Assembly: GCA_965655095.1 (NCBI GenBank)
Contig: OZ296654.1
Coordinates: 39,928,001-39,992,000, forward strand
Reading direction: 5' to 3'
Origin: Haplodiscus bocki
Lineage: Eukaryota
Length of the DNA: 64,000 nucleotides
The notes under the pieces were generated by a model. The model ran no database searches and was not told where the DNA came from. It saw only the letters and a program-made list of their open reading frames with translations. A program made the translations under genes and the position numbers. Positions 11,811-23,784 of the stretch are shown in pieces. Each line of letters begins with the position of its first letter. Positions within the stretch are counted from its first letter, which is position 1.

Positions 11811-12293
11811 TTCTTATAAACAAGCTGTGTTGACATTTGGTTAGGTGGAACGTGAGGTGGTTGCACTGGGATTTGTTGAAGCGTTTCCAGGAAAATTACC
11901 AATAGTGTCGAGAGCCAGGGACGCTCTGTCTTTGTTTACTTTCATGCTTCAACGTCTTTTAAGATTGCTGAGACTCCAGCATTTTTTGAATTTTTCGGGA
12001 TTCGTCAAAAACGCTTCACGTTACTGTCGACTCTTCAATGTTTCAATTTTCTTTAGACCGGTTTTCTGACAGAAAACGAGCGGGATACTACAGGGCACTC
12101 TCGATCTTTGCACTTAGAGTGTAGAGATTATCTCACGTGGAATCTTCTCGGAGACTTTGAAATTTGTTAACATAGCCTTTTGATAGGCTATGTTAATTGT
12201 TGTGATAAAATTGTTGTGATAATCTTATTAAATAGTGTCTTTTCAGTTGCTATATGAGGGCAACCGGGGCATTTATTGTTTTATGGTCAATTT

Positions 12294-12903
12294 ATGAGAA
12301 TAATTGCAGCGAGCTCACTATCCTTAGCTCTACGAACCCTTTCTTTCAAAGCACAGCGGAGACTGAAGAGAAAAGGATTTGTTCTAACAACGACCCCTGA
12401 TCTCAATTGCCATGAGGAGACACCACCACGATGGAAGTCGGCTATTTTCTAATTGAGGAATTTCAAAAACGAAGAGGTGATTATTTGGCACGACGCCTTA
12501 AATAACTATTTATCGTCGCATCAAAACGACAACGAAAGTGCCTACTCGGGAAAAAAATTAGCAAACCATTTGAAGGCTTTTTTCGAGAAGAATACGTTCA
12601 ATAATTTACTGTCAAAGAGACAGAACACCCGATATTTACCAGGATCTAAAAACAGCAAACTTGCCTGTAGTCAGCATTACCAGAGATATCGTTTCAAAAC
12701 GGAAAGAGAAAAATAACCAGGAATTGAAAGAATATCGACCACTTCATCAATCTACTACCACTGAATTGAAAACCTTCTTTATCGTCCTAAGGCATAAAGG
12801 AGTTGCGAAACGGATTATTGGGAACAAACATCCTGAACGTCTAAACAAGATAAGAAGGAAAAACTATAATTTCTTTGCGCAGAGCCAGAACAGCGTCAAC
12901 TGA
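12294..12903 (+). pseudogene. Possible SGNH/GDSL esterase-like ORF of the LINE
   Basis: MRIIAASSL..., IIWHDALNN and late LHQ are spaced like SGNH blocks. One stop and one frameshift. Confidence 0.35.
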
Positions 12904-13022
12904 GTAAGTCTAGCATTCTTGTTAAAGGCTTGGAACTGAGTTGCTGTTTATCCTAGTGACCTGGTCTTGAGTACTAAGTTACAGGAGAGACAATTTCGTG
13001 GTTTTTGAGCCTTTTCCTAACT

Positions 13023-13837
13023 ATGTCAAACAGAACCAGGTTACAATCCGCAATGGACTCTCTCTCATATTGGCTAACATGCAAAAATGAAATTCCAACA
13101 AACGAGGAAGATTTGGACTGTTTCACTTGCGGCTATATGATGCATCTCAACGAAAAGTGCACACAACTTAGTAAAACTGCAATCTTAGGGATAAAAGAGC
13201 TCAGACAAAATGCACTCCTCATCTGCAACAACTGTGTTGCTCTCAAAAAACCTGACAAATTAATTGAAACTGCATCTAAAATTCAACAGCAGGCGCCAAT
13301 TGAGGATAAAAAGTTAAAGTCGCTACAAACTGAAGTGAACGATAATAAGAAAGCGATAACTGACCTGAAAGTTTCTTTCGAGCAAAAGTCAAGTGAACCT
13401 CCAAAACCATCTGCGCCAATCATCAAGACAACAAACACTGCAAAAGATTTTGACGGGATAAGAATACGAGGTCTTCAGAAAAGTGACGCTGAGAGTGCTA
13501 GAGAAAGAAACGAGAAAGATATGAGTGAAGTAAAAGCTACGCTGATTTTTCTAGAAGTAGACTGCGAAATCACCGAACTACGAAAAATAGAAAACAACAA
13601 ATAAACCGTACTAGAACACTAGTGTTTAAAGTCGCAAATAAATGGCATCGAAATCGCATCTTGCTCTCAGTCGCGAAACCAAAAAATTACAGTCAACAGC
13701 TCTTGGTAAGCAGAGAACTTAATGCTACAGAAACGAAACTCGAGATGGAAAGTCTCAAATGGAGGAAGGAGATAATTGAAAATGGGACCAGTCGGTCACA
13801 TATTACAATACGTGACCTAAGTTATATGGAAAAATAG
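13023..13837 (+). pseudogene. LINE ORF1 (PHD finger, coiled coil, RRM-like region)
   Basis: C..CFTCGYMMHLNEKC...LICNNC, coiled coil LKSLQTEVND, IRIRGL motif typical of LINE ORF1. Interrupted near 13604. Confidence 0.65.
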
Positions 13838-13921
13838 GAGAAACATGGAAAGAAGTAGAAATAAGCAAAAAATGAAAATTTGGGAAAGTGACTAACCGCT
13901 GCACCAGTACAAAACAACCTA

Positions 13922-16900
13922 TTGATTCTTCTCTACAATAATCGGAGCTTGATTGTTCTAAGTAAGCGAATATGTTTATCCAATGGAATTTCAATAAGTG
14001 ATAACTATGACCTTCTCTGCTTAACGGAAACTTGGCTAGTAAGTGCAATTCCCGACACCGCATTATTTTTAAATAGCTACTTTATACATAGAAACGACAG
14101 ATTCTCAACTGACGCTAAAAGCAAGCACGGGGGCGTACTAATAGCTGTTAAATCGCGTACTCGACACACTAGAATTCGCATTGATCCAAAGTACTTTGAA
14201 ACAGTGACAGTAAAAATCTCTTTACATGAAGTTGCTCATCTTGTTTGTTGTGTCTACAGTGCGCCAAAATCAGGCCAGTACCGAATTCCACCGCAAATAA
14301 AGATTGACTCGATAGACCTGCTCATTGCGGAATCCAAAAAACTCGGATGTGAAACTATACTGATCGTAGGTGATATAAATTTTGAAAACACAAATTGGAA
14401 GCAAATGCGATCAACTGACCACAGCGAAACTCTCGTTTTATTTTCGAAAGCGGTTTCCCACAATCAATAACTACTAAGAACAAACTACTGGACGTTATTC
14501 TTACAAATAACACTGACCCTGTTTTGAACGTTTCTGTTGATAATAGAGTGAAGAGCCTTTATAAGTCCGATAATCTGCCATATCGGGCTAAGTTTTCAGG
14601 ACAAAGCTGGTACCGAGCAGAATTCAAACGAAAGGATGCCAAGAAAAACGATTTGACGGTCTTTTCTTACACACGAGCTGATTGAGTCTCTTTATCTAAA
14701 CACATCGAAAAAAATTGCTCTGTTCCTTATTGCCTCAGCAATGTTGATATGATGGTTTCGCTGTGGTATGAATGGCTATACAAATGTTTACAATCTCACA
14801 TACCAACGAAGACAAGACATAGTATGAGCCTTGCTCCCTGGGTATCAAATGAAACCTCCAACCTCATTAAAAGGAAACAAACGCTTCAGAAGGCACTTCA
14901 AAAACAAACCAATGAAAACCGTCAGAGGAAATTAGAATTGCTGAATGGAAAAATAATTCTAGCTCTAGAGATTGATCAACGTAACGTCGAGAATACCGTT
15001 TTTGCCGGTGGAAAGTTCTCAGGTTTTCAGAAATAGTTCAAAAATATCAGGAAGACTACACAGTTCCCTGCGGAAATGTTCCTGGAAAATGAAACTGCCA
15101 GAACAGATCTTGAAAAAAATGAGCTTTTCAACATCTTTGCGCAATCTGTCTTCAGTTCAACTGACTATCAAAGCAAACCAGAACTCAAATCACCAATGAA
15201 AATTGAGAAAATGGATTCCACTTAATCCGAAATAACATCTGCTCCTGAGAACTTTGATGTTGCCAAATAGATAGGTCCCGATGGGCTAGGAAAATTACCG
15301 CTCAAAAAACAGTCGAACTCACTGTGCAAATCATTATCACTACTTTTCAACACAATTGCAAATAAACGTGCATATCCAATTGCCTGAAAAACCACCGAAA
15401 TCTTACTCTTCTTCAAAGACGGCCATAAACAAAACGTAGCTAAGTACCGCTTCATATCTCTTGTCTCCTGCACTTCAAAACTTCTAGAGACTTTATTCTT
15501 TTTAAAACTCTATGAAGTAATGAAAGACATAAATGCCCCAGAAAAATACGACTTCCGCAAAAACCGATCCTCCATCACGCAGATGGTAATGTATATGAGT
15601 GAAATATTTGACAACCTCGTTTCAACAACCTTAGCAACCATGTACCTGGACTTCGAAAACGCCTTCGACAAGGTCTCCCATGGAAAGTTATTGGAAAAAT
15701 TGACAAACGAAGGCATCAGAGAAGGTCTGCTAGAACTAATCGAAAACTCTCTGAAAGGAAGAAAGCAGAAAATTAAAATTGGATCATCTGTCTCAAGTGA
15801 ACTTGTCGTGCAAAGTGGCGTCCCACAAGGATCTGTACTTGGACCTTCAATTTTCATCCTTTTTATCAACGTTCTTCCAAAATGTTTCATGTAAACATGC
15901 TTTGGTTGGATATGCGGATGACTATAAGATTGTAGCAAAAAATGGGATAACACTTCAAATTGACGCCCACAAAATATGGAGATGGTGCTCCAGCGATCTC
16001 ATGAGTCTTAATCTGAACAAATGTAAAGTTCTGTGTTTGAAAGGTATAGAAGAACTCACTATACAAGGTCATCAACTTGACAACAGTATCGTTGAAAAAG
16101 ATCTGGGCATCATGATCTCAAACGATCTGACCTGGACAGCACAGACAGAAAAAAGATGCGAGAAAACCATGAAAGCATTTTTCACTATCAAACGAAACAT
16201 TGCCAATGGGACACCCTGGACAACTAGAAAGAATCTTACCGTAGCTACTTCGTTGCGCCGTGGCTTTGCGACTGGCTGCCAAAATTTGCGCAGCACATAC
16301 ATGTTGCTGTGGCCAAAATGTCGACGATTATGGTACTCATGGGCTCGCTTGCAAGAGGAGCGCCGGACGGTTTGCCCGACATGCTTTTTTCAATGATTTT
16401 ATTAGACGATCCTTAGCTTCGGTTGTGGTGCCCTCTGTTTTAGAGCCAGCGAGGTTGTCAAGGTCAGATCCGATGGTGTGACGGCCATGCCTTGGCAGCG
16501 AGGAAAGCCGCTGGTATGGGATGTGACTTCCGTGGATTCCCTTGCCCCGAGCAGAGCGCAACAGCAGGGAAGGTTTTCAACCGAGGCTGAAACCCGAAAA
16601 ACCTTGAAATATGCAAATATCGAGGAGCGGGGATAAATTTTCAAACCAATCGCCATGGATGTCCAAGGAGATTACGGAACTCAAACAGAAACTTTTTTCA
16701 ATTGCCTGACAATGAAAATTATTGACAACACCAGAGAACCCCGCTCCAAAACTTTTTCGTCAACGCATGTCAGTGGCCGTGCAACAATTCAACCTAAGAT
16801 GCCTGACTGGGACCCTTCGAGACGACGTCCAGGAGTCTCTGGAAGAAGTGTTCTATATGTCTCAAAGCTCCTGAGAGAAGGATTTAGTGGCATTACCCAT

Positions 16901-17695
16901 TAATTTGAGTTGAACTGTCTAATTTTCGATTTTGTGAATTAAAACTTATTTCCTGAAAATTTTAAACATGAACTGATGACCTACCTACGCAATCAATCCA
17001 AACATTCAATTTGGATCGAACCTGCTCCTGGTTTATAATTTGCCTCTGTAGTATATGTCGCTCCTAGTTTTAATTACTTTTGTTTGTAAAAGCCTACATT
17101 ACAACTGCTGGCCTATACCTCTATATTTAAATACCGTAGCTACATTGTACCACTATTATCTTTTGGTGCAGTCCTTGGGAAACCGAGTAAAACAGACCTG
17201 AAATCGATCGAATCAATACAAATGAAAGCAAGCAAATGGATACTGGGAACTAGTTAGCTAGAACACAAGGAGCGATTAGGACGGATTAATCTTCTACCCC
17301 TTGCTTCGTACCACGGAGTGCAAGTCTTACTGTTGTTTATACAAATTGTCTTGAATACGTACGACCTTGAATGGCGAAAGTTTGTGCTAATAGAAGAAGG
17401 GAAAACAAGAACGAAAGAGATCAGAGTTTTTAAAACCAGAAAACATTTCAAACAAAAACAAGCAAGTGACTTTTGGATGCGAGCGGTTTATTTGGCGAAT
17501 TTATTTGGAAACTACATCGGAACAAATGTCAACGATTTGCAAAGCCCGAAAACGATGATTTCCGATGTTTATTTCAAGTTTTTCGGAAAATCGTTTGATC
17601 CTCGAAATATGTGTACGTGGCGGCTATCCTGCCTTTGCACAGACTGCAGAAATATTCGAAAACTGAACCTTGACACAAAGGAATTGGGAAACTGA
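13922..17695 (+). pseudogene. LINE ORF2 (APE endonuclease + reverse transcriptase), many stops and frameshifts, split by an insertion
   Basis: LCLTETWL, RNDR, HGGVLIAVK, VGDINF (APE); YLDFENAFDKV, SGVPQGSVLGP, YADD, KDLG (RT). Confidence 0.9.
16249..17131 (+). mobile_element. 5'-truncated RLE-type non-LTR retrotransposon (CRE-like) nested in the LINE
   Basis: Flanked by the exact 12-bp direct repeat TACCGTAGCTAC (16237-16248, 17132-17143). Encodes a CxC-x7-H-x3-C knuckle, RH, PDG...WDVT and KxxKY of a restriction-like endonuclease. Confidence 0.85.
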
Positions 17696-20558
17696 ATATT
17701 TCCTTGGGCATTTAGCACTAAATTCAGTTGTATTATTATTATTAGTGTTTTAAGTATTGAAATTTTACGTTGCTGAGAATTCAAAATAGAATGTTTGATT
17801 CAGCACTTTGACCTTATCCCTTGTATCACTGCTACACATGATCTGCCGTAATCTTTTTCGACAACGCACTTGACTGTTGCGGTTTTTGGATGTCTAAAGA
17901 CCAAAATCTGATCCTTCTGTTCCATCAGAGTTTGTTGATAATTTGTTCTTTCCAGAGTTGGTGGTTGAGGGATCATCTCTGTGAGGTTGTCAACTCTTCT
18001 TTCTCGGTAACTCTCGGTTTTGGAAGAAATCCGTTATCTCGTGTCTGAGGTCTCCCAATTAGATGGAAAGAGCTACTGTTTTTCAAGGCGGAAGACTTGC
18101 AAATGAAATTTCGTTTTCAAACACGGACTTCAATGAAATCGCCGCAGTACCGGTACAACATTTCGCTCAATTTCAATTTAGAGTGGGCATCAACTCGAAT
18201 GCCTATGTACATCATTTTATCCATCAATTCTATATATGTAGTTCCAAAGATTCTGTTTTGCAAATGCTAGCTTGTTCTTCTTGTGGGACACTCAGCAGAA
18301 CAGAAATGGTTTTATGGTCAGTGCAAACAAAACGTTTTTTATTTTTTTCTTTCTTGACACAGCGGTTTTCATAGAGTTTCATCAAGCATTTTCTCAGGTA
18401 AGTGGCGAATTGTATCGCTTGTCTCAGCAGTTGCTCGGCAAAAGAATCATGGACCTCGTGATCACAACCTCTACAAATTACTAGAGTTAAGCAGTTTGTA
18501 AAAACAATTTGTGTCTTCATTTAACGCAAGATGTCTCAACTTAAATAAAACATTGCTTGCTATCTCAATAAAATTGTAATTCAGTCGTTATAGTTATGCC
18601 AAGTCAATGCAGTTTCAATACCTATATGTCAAGATTGAAGAAAACTACAAGTTGACTATTTTCAAAACTGCTAAAATAGCTCCGCTTTCAAGCTTCCAGC
18701 GTGAGAAAACCATTCAAAAAATCATCGAAAAAAATTCTTACTATTTAATGAGTGGAGCTCGAAACGTTGCCTGTACAAAATAAGTTTCACTCACTAGCCT
18801 ATGGTGAGAAAGAAGGACTTCTCATTGATTGAGTGTCGTCAAGCCACTCAAAATGAGATAAGTTTTCAGAATCAGAAGACTGTGGAAAATGTTCTGTCCA
18901 CAACCCAAGTACAGAATTTAATGGATTAGAGTCTAGTCATCCTTGTTTCAATCAGATAAGTACGTTAAGCTAACGGGAAAATGTAATTAGGTTTTCACTA
19001 GTAGTAGTAAAAGTAGTAGTAGTACGCTCAGGTCTGGCGCTTTCAGTTCTGTCAAAAACGCCAGTTTTCGGAAAACGCCAAATCTTCTCAACCCTCTCTC
19101 TGAAAAACGCCAGTAACTTTACACTGTCAACTTTGTTTATGAATCATCAGCTATTTTTGTGTTTCAAGGTAGTCCGCTATATTACCGCACTCCTTGACTG
19201 CTTTAATCGAAAATTTGAGCTGAAAGTTTTTTTCAGCTACTACTGGCTCTATTCGATAGTTATGAGGCACTGCTAGTTCAATAACGCCTGTCAAAAATTC
19301 TAAATCAGCCATTTTATAGTTACTACTACTTCTCTCAGTGAGAACGAATTAGTATCTAAAGGAGTAGAATCTGAATCATATTTGGGGTTACTATCTAAAA
19401 ATAACGGCTGCGATCATTTTTTGGGATTTATATCTAAAGATTCTGATACTATTCCTGTTTTTCGATACCCGTTTTGAGAATAATATCTCAAGTCTTGGAT
19501 GTCCCGGTTTCTGAATACCTGTTTTCGAGAATTTTTTCATTATATTAATGTATTTCGGGGCGTCATGAACTATGATAAAATTGCAGGTTGTCTTGAAGGT
19601 ACTAGCATTTTTTGCTGTGATGGTTCTTTTCATTAAAACATTGAGTACAAGGGCTAAATTAACTTGCGGTGCGTTCCCTTCAGAAAACTTTCCCGGTACT
19701 GCCTGTATTGAATTTGAGAAGTTTGCAATTAATCGAAAGCACAGTCACCCAAAAGGTTTTGCGTATATCAAAAGAAAATTCAAAGCAAAAAAAGAACGAG
19801 CCTCAAAAATGAAGAACGATACTGTTCCTGGTCCCCGAGTTGCTTATACGACAACAATCCAAAATTATTTGTAACAGCATTTAAAGTTCATTTGGGGCCC
19901 ATGCTCTTTTTGGCTATTAAAATTTGAGTTCCGTTCAGTTTTTGTGTCACTCTTCAAGCTTTTTATTCTGGATATATCAAATATGAACATCTGTGGTATC
20001 TTTTTGGGGTCTGTATGCTGACTCATGCAGCATAATACTCAACTTACGAACAATCCATTTCGGACGTTTCATGGGGAAACAGGTATTTAGTTGTCATGAG
20101 GAAACAAAACGTTTTCATTCAGAGATGATAGTGAATTCTATGAATATGATTTATTAAAGATGAAAAGTCGAGAAGAATTCTACAAGTTTCAACTAGGTTT
20201 CCCTGGTAGGCTCTTGTTACTTTTAGGGTAAAATCAATTTTTAGTTTTCAGGTGACTGTTGTTTGAGCTGTTTCCCGTTGGAATATAGCGCACGTTAGAT
20301 TCTCAAACAGGTTGTTGCAATTGGAAACAAGCTGTTCAGCCTCTCCGAAATCACCGACTTTCGGTTTGATGAAAAGAAAGTGCCTCAAAGTAGGCATTTA
20401 GTCATTGGATATACCAGTTCTGTGCCTAACGGGGACAGAAATCTAATTTACATTTTTTTTGAGTGGTTAGGTTTTGTTTATTGCATTTTATTTAATACTC
20501 CCTTGCAATTGATACATTTTCAGATTTTAAAATTTGTTGTGCAGTTTTCTCGGCTTCA

Positions 20559-23500
20559 ATGGAACCGAGGAGCCGGCGAAAATTGATTGGAATCCTCCAC
20601 GACTCATATCGTCAGAATCCCCTAAATTTCCAAGATGGGGACCCCGAAGACTTTATTGTCCAGGACACCGAGTTTGCTGGAAAAGGACTTTTCGTAAAGC
20701 GTTTTTTCCGGAAAGGCGAGTATCTTTTGAACTACCGAGGTAACAAGAGTAATGACAACAATAGTGATACTGTGTACATGTTCGATGTTGGAAAACCCGA
20801 AGGCATAGTGATCGACGCAACGAGTAGACCTGATTGCATGGGGCGCTACATAAATGATATTGACCCGTTTAATGTTCAAAATTGCCACCCGATAAAACAA
20901 TTGAATGATAGCAAGGATGTTCTTATTTGCTTTTTTGCAACAAAGAATATTGACACCGGACAAGAACTGAGATATGATTACAAAACAAACTATGCCCCTT
21001 GGAGGAAAGCAAGTTTTTTCAGTGAACCTAAAGGAGAGACTCAGTCTGTTGTCAAGGCGAGGAAAAAGAAAAAGGCCCCTGGAGAGCAACCTGATGGTAC
21101 ACAAAGTCATGAACCCAGTACAGATTATGGCGACCAGCAGAATAGTACAAGCAGTCAGAATGAAAAGGATATTGGAGAAAGTTTTCCAAAAAAATGCGTG
21201 GAAACTCAGATCGAAGTTGGGCTAGATGAAATGGGAAGTGAAGAGCTTGAGAGCATTCCGAACCTTGATAGCATTCCAAATGTTGATTCGGGTGAAAATT
21301 TTGAGAAGAGAAAGACTAGTAGACAAGATAGAGAATTCGACTCTCGCAGAACCGACGCAGCAGATAATGCAGTTGAACTCAATTTGAGCATCCAACACTG
21401 CCAAAATCCCATTCAACAGGATGACCAAACAATGACGTACACAAATCTGTTCTCAGAGGATGGGAATTCTTCGAACATCTCCTTCCGGGAGTTGAACTCA
21501 GAAGGTGATGTCACAACAGAGTCAGAGTCGACGGCCAGTAACAAATCTGATAGTAGTGAAGATGAAGAGCACGATGAGGATTCCTTCGGTGGAACGCCTA
21601 TGGTCCGAAGAAGCAGGAAGAAGAAACGACCGGACTTGGAGGAATGTAATATTTGCAGAAAAAAAGTGAAGAAAATGAGGGACCACTTAACTAATTCGCA
21701 TAAACTGAACCAAAACCTCCGAGTGAAACAGTTCATTTCAACCTATTATTCAACAATTGAAACTAAAAGATGTTATCAGTGCTTAGTCTGTTTAAAACGA
21801 ATGAGCTTCAAACATACTCATCCAAAGCACCATAAACTGGAAAGAATATTTAACCGACTGGACGAGAAATTTTTTCCCATTGAAATTCAATTGGCTCTAA
21901 GAGAATATCGGGAGTCTTACCGGAAGCCCTTTCATGAAATAGTTCTAGAGTTTGATGTCCACTGTCAAGGACTTGCAGATGACGGAGATGTTGTGTCTGT
22001 GTCGTCTATGTCAACAACTCTTCGTCAGTTTCTCGGTTTTGTTGTTTCTGAGACTAAAAAATTTAGCGAAACAACGTCCTTGGCACCTTGCATTCGCAAA
22101 TTTATGACTGACCACAACTTGAAACGAATAACAATATCCAACTATCTCTGCAAACTGAAGAAGTTCATGCGTTATTTGGAGTTACATTCCGGAGACAGGT
22201 ACCCTGATTTCAAAAAACACCCGTGGGAAAAGATTTTGGATGAAGTGAGAGTACGGTACCAAGTCGGATCGCAGAAGGAGAAAAGGAGAAAAACCAAAAA
22301 ATTGTTTGAGAAGGTCCCAAGTCTTCAAGAAGTTCAAAAGCTCAATTTTCAAGTTCAAGATTTTCTCAACAAGGACCTTGAAGAGCAAGTGCTTCATTTC
22401 AAAGAACTTTCCGTGCTCAATTTTTTAATTTTGTCTTTCCGTTTGAACTGCAGGGCTGGACCTTTGCTAAATCTAACTTGGAAGGACGTTGCAACAATAA
22501 AAAAAACAGGCCAGTTAGATACAGACCAGCATAAGACAGGTCGCTATTACGACGTCACAATTGCCATAGAGAAAGACCAACACAAATGGTTGAAACGTCT
22601 CAAAAGCCGGTTCGTCAAAGAATTTAAGCTTCCGCCAGATCTGGTTTTTGCCTCAATAAACAACAAAGTTGAACATTCGATGGCGAAAAACATCAAAACA
22701 GTTTTGTCTGATTTGTTTGATCCGAATTTGTCCACCAAAGATTTTCATGCCACGTCCATCAGAAAGATGTGGGACACCCATTTCCATAACAACAGGAAAA
22801 AGTACAAAGATTCCATTATCACTTCACACCTGCATCAGACCGGCCATACACAAGGAACTGCTCTCCAAAATTATGTTGCTCCGCCTGACAAAAGAGAGGT
22901 CCTAAACGCGTATCTTGAAGAGTTGTCCAAACTTCAAGACCAGACATTGACTGATGAACCAAGAATTGATCTCACTCTATTAGAACCTGCAAACAATTTG
23001 CCCCGTCAATCAAGCTCTACCCCACGACAACCGAGTTCAACTGATCCAAGCTCTAACCCACGGCAACCGAGTTCAACAGATCCAAGCTGTACCCCACGGC
23101 AACCAAGTTCAACAGATCCAAGCTCTACCCCACGGCAACCAAGTTCAACAGATCCAAGCTCTACCCCACGGCAACCAAGTTCAATTCAGCCAAGATCTAC
23201 GCCACGCCAATTAAATTCAACAGAGCCGAGATCTACACCATGCCAATTAAATTCAACAGAGCCCAGATATACACCATGCCAATCAAGCTTAAGACATCCC
23301 ATCACCTTTGATGAATCATCTCAGAATGACACTCCTCTTAGTCTAGACAAAGAAGAGCTCGTACCCCTTCAGAAACTTCGACAGAAAAAAAAGGGGCACC
23401 TCACAGAAGCAGCGCCGGATAATTATGATTCCAGTGGTTCTGACTTTCATCCCGAGGAAGCTGAAGACCATAGTGACGATAGTTGTGCAAAAGCTGCACG

Positions 23501-23765
23501 AATTAGAGGAAAGATACTTTGTTCGGTTGGCGCATCTCAACGTGATTTATTCATCAAGTCATTGCAAAGTCATAGGAATCACGTGCCAACTGATGATGAG
23601 AAACGGGCTCTTGAATTATTTTATTATGTAAAACATGGGGTGACGAAAAAGGATGTCATTGCTACAATCAAAAAAGCAGGGATTAACTTCAAAGATCCTC
23701 AAACTATGATCAGGCTCTATAACAAAATAAAATTTGCCTGCTGTACGTATTTACGAGAGTTTTAA
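20559..23765 (+). CDS. SET-domain lysine methyltransferase - zinc finger - tyrosine recombinase fusion, 1068 aa
   Basis: SET (KMT5A/SET8-like): GKGLF..FRKGEYLLNYRG, IDAT, GRYIND, GQELRYDY..PW. C2H2: CNIC..HLTNSH, with a second CLVC..H..H. YR catalytic set: NCRAG (R at 22452), HKTG, ATSIRK, GHT, QNY (Y at 22872). Confidence 0.9.
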   Translation: MEPRSRRKLIGILHDSYRQNPLNFQDGDPEDFIVQDTEFAGKGLFVKRFFRKGEYLLNYRGNKSNDNNSDTVYMFDVGKPEGIVIDATSRPDCMGRYINDIDPFNVQNCHPIKQLNDSKDVLICFFATKNIDTGQELRYDYKTNYAPWRKASFFSEPKGETQSVVKARKKKKAPGEQPDGTQSHEPSTDYGDQQNSTSSQNEKDIGESFPKKCVETQIEVGLDEMGSEELESIPNLDSIPNVDSGENFEKRKTSRQDREFDSRRTDAADNAVELNLSIQHCQNPIQQDDQTMTYTNLFSEDGNSSNISFRELNSEGDVTTESESTASNKSDSSEDEEHDEDSFGGTPMVRRSRKKKRPDLEECNICRKKVKKMRDHLTNSHKLNQNLRVKQFISTYYSTIETKRCYQCLVCLKRMSFKHTHPKHHKLERIFNRLDEKFFPIEIQLALREYRESYRKPFHEIVLEFDVHCQGLADDGDVVSVSSMSTTLRQFLGFVVSETKKFSETTSLAPCIRKFMTDHNLKRITISNYLCKLKKFMRYLELHSGDRYPDFKKHPWEKILDEVRVRYQVGSQKEKRRKTKKLFEKVPSLQEVQKLNFQVQDFLNKDLEEQVLHFKELSVLNFLILSFRLNCRAGPLLNLTWKDVATIKKTGQLDTDQHKTGRYYDVTIAIEKDQHKWLKRLKSRFVKEFKLPPDLVFASINNKVEHSMAKNIKTVLSDLFDPNLSTKDFHATSIRKMWDTHFHNNRKKYKDSIITSHLHQTGHTQGTALQNYVAPPDKREVLNAYLEELSKLQDQTLTDEPRIDLTLLEPANNLPRQSSSTPRQPSSTDPSSNPRQPSSTDPSCTPRQPSSTDPSSTPRQPSSTDPSSTPRQPSSIQPRSTPRQLNSTEPRSTPCQLNSTEPRYTPCQSSLRHPITFDESSQNDTPLSLDKEELVPLQKLRQKKKGHLTEAAPDNYDSSGSDFHPEEAEDHSDDSCAKAARIRGKILCSVGASQRDLFIKSLQSHRNHVPTDDEKRALELFYYVKHGVTKKDVIATIKKAGINFKDPQTMIRLYNKIKFACCTYLREF
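23010..23288 (+). repeat. 36-bp in-frame minisatellite (STPRQPSSTDPS repeats)
   Basis: About 7-8 degenerate 12-aa repeats after the YR domain. Confidence 0.9.
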
Positions 23766-23784
23766 TTTCCAGTATAGACTTCTT

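Larger units (their letters stand above)
12239..17744 (+). mobile_element. Degraded CR1/L2-group LINE
   Basis: ORF1 with PHD finger, APE endonuclease, RT, C-terminal CxCxxC, 3' hairpin (aactgaat...attcagtt) and (TAT)n tail at 17731-17744. The 5' boundary is tentative (possible TSD TAGTGT at 12233-12238 and 17743-17748). Confidence 0.85.

Noticed and set aside
10831-11816. TSD for the CACTG element (ttctga / ttctta)
   Set aside because: Only a 5/6 match, so it is not used to assign a superfamily.
18063-18520. ORFs MERATV... (+) and MKTQIV... (-) repeated in every 1.78-kb unit
   Set aside because: They recur only because the DNA is duplicated. They are short with no convincing motif, and a faint hAT-transposase resemblance on the minus strand could not be supported.
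20622-22905. Short antisense and alternative-frame ORFs over the SET-YR gene
   Set aside because: Shadow ORFs of the long coding frame.
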